A stretch of 14,921 bases of DNA from Candidatus Iainarchaeum sp. (GTDB taxonomy: Archaea > Iainarchaeota > Iainarchaeia > Iainarchaeales > Iainarchaeaceae). Of the stretch, positions 8,292-14,921 are shown piece after piece. The stretch is taken from the NCBI GenBank assembly GCA_038895675.1, contig JAWANB010000024.1:1-14921 (forward strand). The letters run 5' to 3'. The translations under genes were made by a program, and so were the position numbers. The notes under the pieces are model-generated. The model did not search any database. It worked only from the letters and a program-made list of their open reading frames with translations, and was not told the DNA's origin. Numbering within the stretch: position 1 is the first letter of the stretch; each line of letters starts with the position of its first letter.

Positions 8292-8594
8292 ATGACAAAA
8301 CGAGCAGTACCACGAAAAATAAGACAGGGAATGCATTACACACATGGAATGACTGCTGCTGCAATAAGAACAAAAGTACAAATGGTAAAGAATCCAAATT
8401 CAAATAAAATATTACAACAAAAATTAGAGAAATTAAAAGGAACACAAAAAGCTCAAGCAACAAGAATTATTAATAATATAAAAGAATTAACACAAACAAG
8501 AGGGTGGGAATTTAATCATTCAATAACACATGAAGTAGAAATTTTAATTTTTCGATTGTGGGAAATTTTAAAGCAAAATAGAAAAACAAAGTAA
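8292..8594 (+). CDS. Basic hypothetical protein (100 aa)
   Basis: AGGTGA RBS 6 nt before the ATG; fills the intergenic space; no motif I recognise. Confidence 0.6.
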   Translation: MTKRAVPRKIRQGMHYTHGMTAAAIRTKVQMVKNPNSNKILQQKLEKLKGTQKAQATRIINNIKELTQTRGWEFNHSITHEVEILIFRLWEILKQNRKTK

Positions 8595-8633
8595 CAAAAA
8601 AAAACTAAAAATAAGCTACAATAGTAGTATTTA

Positions 8634-8783
8634 CTATTTCAAATTTTTAGTCACGGCATGCCTTGTTATTTTCAAGTTGCAAGAGTTGTGATTTTTGCAC
8701 CAATTTTCGCATTTCAGAGAAAGTTCTTTTTTTGTGTAAACTAACTTGCATATTTTGCATTCAAAAAAAAATTGTTTTACCAT
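8634..8783 (-). CDS. 49-aa Cys/His-rich zinc-finger-like microprotein (absent from the ORF track)
   Basis: Hand translation: MVKQFFFECKICKLVYTKKELSLKCENWCKNHNSCNLKITRHAVTKNLK*. The ATG directly follows the CDGSH gene stop (TGAATG). Confidence 0.8.
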   Translation of the reverse strand: MVKQFFFECKICKLVYTKKELSLKCENWCKNHNSCNLKITRHAVTKNLK

Positions 8784-8978
8784 TCATTCAACTTCTTTTC
8801 TTGTCCCGTCTGCCGCATAAACGTAATTTTTTCCGTCTTCTTCATTCAAGGTTTTTTTATGAGAACCATCGCAAAAAGGCTTGTTTTTGCTCAAACCACA
8901 CATGCAAATCCAAACAGAAGTTTTGTTTGGTTTTACTTCAAAGGGTCCTTTTGCTTCATGTACTACAAGCCTTGACAT
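8784..8978 (-). CDS. CDGSH iron-sulfur [2Fe-2S] domain protein
   Basis: CMCGLSKNKPFCDGSH motif. Start set at ATG 8978, after an AGGTGG RBS. Confidence 0.92.
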   Translation of the reverse strand: MSRLVVHEAKGPFEVKPNKTSVWICMCGLSKNKPFCDGSHKKTLNEEDGKNYVYAADGTRKEVE

Positions 8979-9016
8979 TAAAACCACCTAACGAAAGAAA
9001 ATCCGTAAAACGTTTT

Positions 9017-9247
9017 TTAATCTATCTTTTTGACGAAAATACAAGGCACTGGACAAGCATCCGCTGCTTCTTTGTTTTGATTGAATTTGTTTTCGTCAAC
9101 TATTTTCACTTCATAAATGCCTTCTTTGTTAGAGCCTTTCAAGTGAGATTTATCGCCTTCCATTTCCCAGTCTTCAGGGTCAATTGCTGCACAAGCTCCA
9201 CAGCCAATACAAATTTCTTTGTGATGTTCGACTCTAAACTTTGCCAT
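9017..9247 (-). CDS. Single-cluster [4Fe-4S]/[3Fe-4S] ferredoxin
   Basis: CIGCGAC plus a distal ACP. Start at ATG 9247 after GTGG; TTTATAA box at 9279-9285. Confidence 0.9.
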   Translation of the reverse strand: MAKFRVEHHKEICIGCGACAAIDPEDWEMEGDKSHLKGSNKEGIYEVKIVDENKFNQNKEAADACPVPCIFVKKID

Positions 9248-9323
9248 AAAAACCACTTCTAATATTAGTAAGGCAAAATTATAAATGGTTTGGAGTGTTA
9301 ATTGAATTTCGTTTATTTCAAAT

Positions 9324-9794
9324 TTAAACTTTTAGACCAAAGCCTTCTGCTATTTCTTTGGCATGGTTTGCAACGTCAGGCTTTTCAATTATCTTAATTA
9401 TTACTCCTTTTTCGTCAATTAAGAAAGTTGTTCTTTTGATTCCTAAAAAAGTTTTGCCGTAAAGACTTTTTTCTTGCCAAACACCATAAGACTTTAAGAC
9501 TTGCATTTTTTCGTCAGAAAGTATAGGAAAATTAAATTTGAATTTTGAAGCAAATTTTTTATGACTCTCAACATTATCCTTGCTTATGCCTACCACATTA
9601 ATACCCTTTTCAATTAGTTTTGAATAATTGTCTCTTATGTTGCAACCTTGAGTAGTGCAACCAGGAGTATCATCTTTAGGATAAAAGTAAACAGCCAATT
9701 TTTTTCCAACGTAATCTTTTAGTGACCTTACTTTGCCTTCTTGGTCTGGTAAAGAAAAGTCAGGAGCCTTAGAACCTTCTTTCAAAACTACCAT
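9324..9794 (-). CDS. bcp: Thioredoxin-dependent thiol peroxidase (BCP/PrxQ peroxiredoxin)
   Basis: APDFSLPDQ, YFYPKDDTPGCTTQGC (peroxidatic plus resolving Cys), RTTFLIDEKG. Start at ATG 9794. Confidence 0.95.
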   Translation of the reverse strand: MVVLKEGSKAPDFSLPDQEGKVRSLKDYVGKKLAVYFYPKDDTPGCTTQGCNIRDNYSKLIEKGINVVGISKDNVESHKKFASKFKFNFPILSDEKMQVLKSYGVWQEKSLYGKTFLGIKRTTFLIDEKGVIIKIIEKPDVANHAKEIAEGFGLKV

Positions 9795-9853
9795 GAAAAC
9801 CACACGATAATTGTAGCCAACAAAAACTAAAAACTTTTTTTAATGTTAAAAAC

Positions 9854-9891
9854 TAAAAAAATGGAAAAATAGAGCCAAAAGTTTTTGGCTC
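9854..9891 (-). terminator. Hairpin plus U-rich tract downstream of groEL
   Basis: GAGCCAAAA-AC-TTTTGGCTC (9872-9891), followed on - by TATTTTTCCATTTTTTT. Confidence 0.65.
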
Positions 9892-9907
9892 ATAAAACTA
9901 TGCTAAT

Positions 9908-11799
<1,892 letters not shown>

Positions 11800-11854
11800 C
11801 AAAACACCTCCTAAAAAAAAGAAAAAGAGAGAAAAACCTCTCAAATTCCAAACT

Positions 11855-12319
11855 TTACTTTACCTCTATTTGCTTAGTCTTAAACTCAGGCAACTCTTTC
11901 TTTGGAATAACTATTTTCAAAACGCCATTCTCCAACTTGGCATCAACCTTGTCAATGTCAGCGTTTTGAGGCAAAGAAAAACTCCTATAAAAGCCCGAGT
12001 AAGACCTTTCATAATGATGAACTCCTTTAACATCCTTTTTCTCTTCATGCTTCTTCTCAGCCTTAACCTCTAACAAGCCCTTGCTAACATTAACCTTAAC
12101 ATCACCTTTGCTTACACCAGGCAAATCTAATTCAGCCCTAAAGTCCTTATCAGTTTCCCAAAAGTCAGCCAAAGGCGTATTAAAATCATGTTCAACAGGC
12201 AAGTTAGAATAACCTAAAAGACGTCTACTAGCGAAAGGCTCACTCCTAAAAAATTCCTCAAAAAGCTCATCCATTCTTGATTGCATTTCCCTAATCTCAT
12301 CCAAAATAGTTCTCCTCAT
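11855..12319 (-). CDS. Small heat shock protein Hsp20 / alpha-crystallin family
   Basis: DLPGV, ERSYSGFYRSFSLP, AKLENGVLKIVIPK and the C-terminal IxV motif (IEV). GGAGGTGA RBS before ATG 12319. Confidence 0.95.
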   Translation of the reverse strand: MRRTILDEIREMQSRMDELFEEFFRSEPFASRRLLGYSNLPVEHDFNTPLADFWETDKDFRAELDLPGVSKGDVKVNVSKGLLEVKAEKKHEEKKDVKGVHHYERSYSGFYRSFSLPQNADIDKVDAKLENGVLKIVIPKKELPEFKTKQIEVK

Positions 12320-12324
12320 AAAAA

Positions 12325-12380
12325 TCACCTCCATAAAGCATTATTATGAAACGAGGCCAAAAGCAAAAGCTCCTGGCCTC
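12325..12380 (-). promoter_or_regulatory. Structured leader upstream of hsp20: 12-bp hairpin plus RBS-occluding hairpin
   Basis: GAGGCCAGGAGC-UUUU-GCUUUUGGCCUC (12353-12380) pairs fully only on the - strand (two G-U pairs). It is followed by UUUCAUAA/UUAUGGAG (12329-12351), which covers part of the RBS. Confidence 0.55.
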
Positions 12381-12524
12381 AAAACACCAACAACCAATTA
12401 CTCCCCTTTTGTTTCTTATTCACTCCACCACTACAAATAAATAATAAAGCGCAAACAAATAAAAACTTTATTCAAAAGACTACAAAAAAAATATTCCGAA
12501 AAGTATTATTTTAAAAATTAAAAC

Positions 12525-12545
12525 ATACTAAAAGAATATTAGTAT
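12525..12545. promoter_or_regulatory. Palindromic candidate operator abutting the Lrp/AsnC start codon
   Basis: Perfect inverted repeat ATACTAA-N7-TTAGTAT between a TTTTAAAA box and ATG 12546. Confidence 0.4.
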
Positions 12546-13100
12546 ATGGAAAAAATGACAAAAAGAGAATTGCAAACCCTTTTAGAAATACTAAAAGAAG
12601 GGCGTGTTTCTGACCAAGAGATAGCAAGAAGACTAAAGACTTCAAGGCCAAGCATAGCAATAATAAGAAAAAAGTTAGAAGAAAAGGGAATAATTTTAGG
12701 ATATTATCCAATAATAGACTTCAAAAAAATAGGTTTAGAAATACAAGCATTAACACTATTCTCTTGGAAAGACTACTCAAAACAAAACGAAATAATAGAA
12801 CTAAAAGAATTCACAAAAAAAAGCCCAAACGTTATAATAGAAATAGAAACAGAAATAGCAAGCAAAAAAACAAACGCGCTAATATCAATTCATACAGACG
12901 TAAAACAAGTAGAAGAGTTCATACAAAAACTAAAAACAAAAAGCAAAGGCAACATAGAAAACTTAGAAGTCATGATAAGCACAATAAAAGACACAACAAA
13001 ACAATTCAACATAAATAGTCCAAGCATAGACAAAATAGAAAGCGAATTATACTCAAAACTAATTTTGCCTAAAAAAGTACTAAAAATAAAAGAAGAATAA
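12546..13100 (+). CDS. Lrp/AsnC family transcriptional regulator
   Basis: N-terminal HTH (GRVSDQEIARRLKTSRPSIAIIRKKLEEKGIILGY-x3-IDFKKIG) followed by a RAM-like beta-alpha-beta region. Confidence 0.88.
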   Translation: MEKMTKRELQTLLEILKEGRVSDQEIARRLKTSRPSIAIIRKKLEEKGIILGYYPIIDFKKIGLEIQALTLFSWKDYSKQNEIIELKEFTKKSPNVIIEIETEIASKKTNALISIHTDVKQVEEFIQKLKTKSKGNIENLEVMISTIKDTTKQFNINSPSIDKIESELYSKLILPKKVLKIKEE

Positions 13101-13108
13101 AAAAAAAT

Positions 13109-13507
13109 TCAAGCCAACAAATAGTCAACAAAAAACATCAAAAAAGCCCCTAAAAACATAAGAGGAATATAACCAAAAAACCTCAAACTAAAACAAGAAC
13201 TTTTAGCTAAAAAATATTTATAAACAAAAACCAAAAAAAGCCAAACAATAAGAACTACAAAAAACATAGGAAAACCAACAAACAACATTTCATTTAACAT
13301 CACATTAGTTTCTTCTGCACTTTTCAAAGCAGACAAAAAAGGAAAAAAAGGAACAATTTCACCATTTACAAAATGCTCTACGCCAAGAACAAAAGAACCG
13401 CCAAAAACCATTGCCAAAAACCAATCAACATGCAACCAAGCAGGAAATTTTTTTCTAACAAAAAACAAAACCAAGCCAAAAGAAAGCGGCACCAAAAAAC
13501 AAGCCAT
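13109..13507 (-). CDS. Hypothetical membrane protein (about 4 TM)
   Basis: MACFLVP start and an EH-x3-GEIVP-x-FPFL segment between hydrophobic helices. TTTAATA about 23 nt upstream. Confidence 0.75.
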   Translation of the reverse strand: MACFLVPLSFGLVLFFVRKKFPAWLHVDWFLAMVFGGSFVLGVEHFVNGEIVPFFPFLSALKSAEETNVMLNEMLFVGFPMFFVVLIVWLFLVFVYKYFLAKSSCFSLRFFGYIPLMFLGAFLMFFVDYLLA

Positions 13508-13538
13508 AAAAATAAAAACAACTAAAATCTATTAAAAA

Positions 13539-14108
13539 CTATTCCATAAAATCTCTTGGATTGCACAACTCTAAAACTTTCTTAGTAATACTTGAATTTT
13601 TACTTTTAAACAAGAAAGACTCGAGAACTTTCAAGTTATGCACTTTTCTTTTAGTAGAAGCCTTTTCAAAATCAATTATTACAGGCAAATTATCTCTAAC
13701 AATAATATTTTTACCAGCACCAGCTAATTGACCATGGTCAAGGCCAATTCTGTCAAGTTCTTTGGCTTGCCTAAAAAGTTCTTTAATAAAACCCATTAAA
13801 ACAAGTTTATTATTGCAAGAACAAAGCCAATCACAAAACTTAACACCACTAATATACTCCATGCAAACAAAACCAAGTTCATAATCAGAAAAAAACAATT
13901 TCGGACCAACACCAACAGAATTAGCTAAAGCCAAATTTTCACATTCCCTTAAAACCATGTTTTTCCTATTTGATTTTTGCCGAAGAAGCTTCATAGCAAC
14001 TTTCTTATCACCTAAATAACAAACAAAAACTTCCGAAGTCCAACCTTTTGCTATTTTAACACAATTATTCAATTTGTATTTTAACTCAATTTTGCGCAAG
14101 ATATTCAT
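13539..14108 (-). CDS. Atypical Ser/Thr protein kinase-like protein (RIO/Bud32-related archaeal family)
   Basis: AKGWTSEV glycine loop, VAMK, helix-C Glu, GVGPKL, MEYISG, HGQL...KNII and IIDFE. Confidence 0.85.
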   Translation of the reverse strand: MNILRKIELKYKLNNCVKIAKGWTSEVFVCYLGDKKVAMKLLRQKSNRKNMVLRECENLALANSVGVGPKLFFSDYELGFVCMEYISGVKFCDWLCSCNNKLVLMGFIKELFRQAKELDRIGLDHGQLAGAGKNIIVRDNLPVIIDFEKASTKRKVHNLKVLESFLFKSKNSSITKKVLELCNPRDFME

Positions 14109-14640
14109 CAAAATACCCGAAAAGATAATCCATAAAATGGAAATAAATTGAAGTAATATAAAAAAATTCTTTTTTGTTTAATTTTTTATCTTTACCCAAC
14201 TTATACTTAGAATGTTTAGAAGACCCTAATTTTTCTACCAAGCTATTATAATGCCCAAAAGCAAGAGAAGTGAAAATAGCTCTATCAAAATCAAAACCAA
14301 CAAAAGAACCCAAAGCTCTTCTATAAGCCAATCTCAAAAAAACTTTATTAGACCTCAACTTATCATAATTTATTTTTTTACCTCTTCTTAAATAATCAAT
14401 ACAACCAATGACTGCCAAATCAGAAAATTGCCTTTCAAAAAGCAAAGAAGCTTTACCACTAACACCACTAAACTTTGGAAACAAATGACTAAAAGATTTT
14501 TTAGCTGGCAAAGTCAAGCTCTCGCTTTTTTGAACTTTAGGAGGCCACTTTTTAAAGCCGGCTTTAATAGCTTTTAAACCAACCTTAATTGCAACTTCTT
14601 TAAGCCTTGGAAAAAAATAAGCTATACGCAAAACAATCAC
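14086..14640 (-). CDS. Basic hypothetical protein (184 aa)
   Basis: Long ORF co-oriented with the kinase and overlapping its start; K/R-rich; GTG start uncertain. Confidence 0.6.
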   Translation of the reverse strand: MIVLRIAYFFPRLKEVAIKVGLKAIKAGFKKWPPKVQKSESLTLPAKKSFSHLFPKFSGVSGKASLLFERQFSDLAVIGCIDYLRRGKKINYDKLRSNKVFLRLAYRRALGSFVGFDFDRAIFTSLAFGHYNSLVEKLGSSKHSKYKLGKDKKLNKKEFFYITSIYFHFMDYLFGYFDEYLAQN

Positions 14641-14690
14641 AACAAAAAAAATGTTAAAAAAAAATAAAAATTAGACCATTTAACAAACTT

Positions 14691-14761
14691 AAAAAAAATT
14701 TGACAGAAAAAAGATTTTTTAGTGAGCTTAAAAAAAGCTCACTTTACAAACTTTCTGTCAA
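14691..14761 (-). terminator. Long bipartite hairpin plus U-tract over the stop codon of the partial gene
   Basis: Outer stem TTGACAGAAA/TTTCTGTCAA (14700-14709, 14752-14761); inner stem AGTGAGCTT/AAGCTCACT (14721-14729, 14735-14743); T8 follows on -. Confidence 0.6.
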
Positions 14762-14921
14762 CCTCAAGAATAAGAACATCACAAGCGGCTTTAATAGCCT
14801 CAAGTTGTTTTATTATTCTTTCTTTTTCCTTTTCTATATCCTGAATATTTTCATAACTCTCTATTGCCTGCCTAAACATTGCACCATCAACGTAAGAATA
14901 AGGCATTTCATTTAGCTTATT
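14739..14921 (-). CDS. 3' end of a hypothetical protein running in from outside the window
   Basis: Open frame NKLNEMPYSYVDGAMFRQAIESYENIQDIEKEKERIIKQLEAIKAACDVLILEVDRKFVK*, ending in TGA at 14739-14741 inside the hairpin. Confidence 0.7.
   Translation of the reverse strand, partial: NKLNEMPYSYVDGAMFRQAIESYENIQDIEKEKERIIKQLEAIKAACDVLILEVDRKFVK

Noticed and set aside
8763..8771. A9/T9 homopolymer in the microprotein gene as a phase-variation site
   Set aside because: Runs of 8-9 A are common throughout this window and the frame is intact.
8663..9262. 199-aa Cys-rich plus-strand ORF
   Set aside because: It is the antisense shadow of the ferredoxin, CDGSH and microprotein genes.
11800..12545. 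CIRCE/HrcA control of groESL
   Set aside because: No CIRCE inverted repeat is present upstream of groES or hsp20.
14700..14915. 71-aa plus-strand ORF
   Set aside because: The minus-strand frame 14739-14921 is more protein-like, co-oriented with its neighbours and ends at the hairpin.

Overview
AT-rich, gene-dense window that reads as archaeal chromosome. Evidence: GGAGGTG/GGTG ribosome-binding sites, TATA-like boxes about 22-32 nt before several starts, an archaeal-type endonuclease IV, an archaeal atypical kinase and a C/D box sRNA. A DPANN-type lineage is my inference, not verified. Left part: endonuclease IV (5' end outside the window), a divergent PEP-carboxykinase-like P-loop enzyme, a membrane protein, an M24 peptidase, a class I/II aminotransferase, and a secreted coiled-coil protein paired with a small lipoprotein. 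Middle: CPBP/CAAX protease, EVE-domain protein, an unannotated dual-guide box C/D sRNA (8001-8072) and a basic orphan. Right: a minus-strand stress cluster, hsp20-groES-groEL (bacterial-type group I chaperonin), then bcp, ferredoxin, a CDGSH protein and a 49-aa Cys/His microprotein missing from the ORF track. The cluster is divergent from an Lrp/AsnC regulator and is followed by a membrane protein, an atypical kinase, an orphan and a partial gene. The main unexplained signals are the C/D guide RNA next to the EVE gene, a structured switch-like leader upstream of hsp20, hairpins built over stop codons, and a strong strand skew independent of gene orientation. No mobile element, tRNA, rRNA or CRISPR array was seen.
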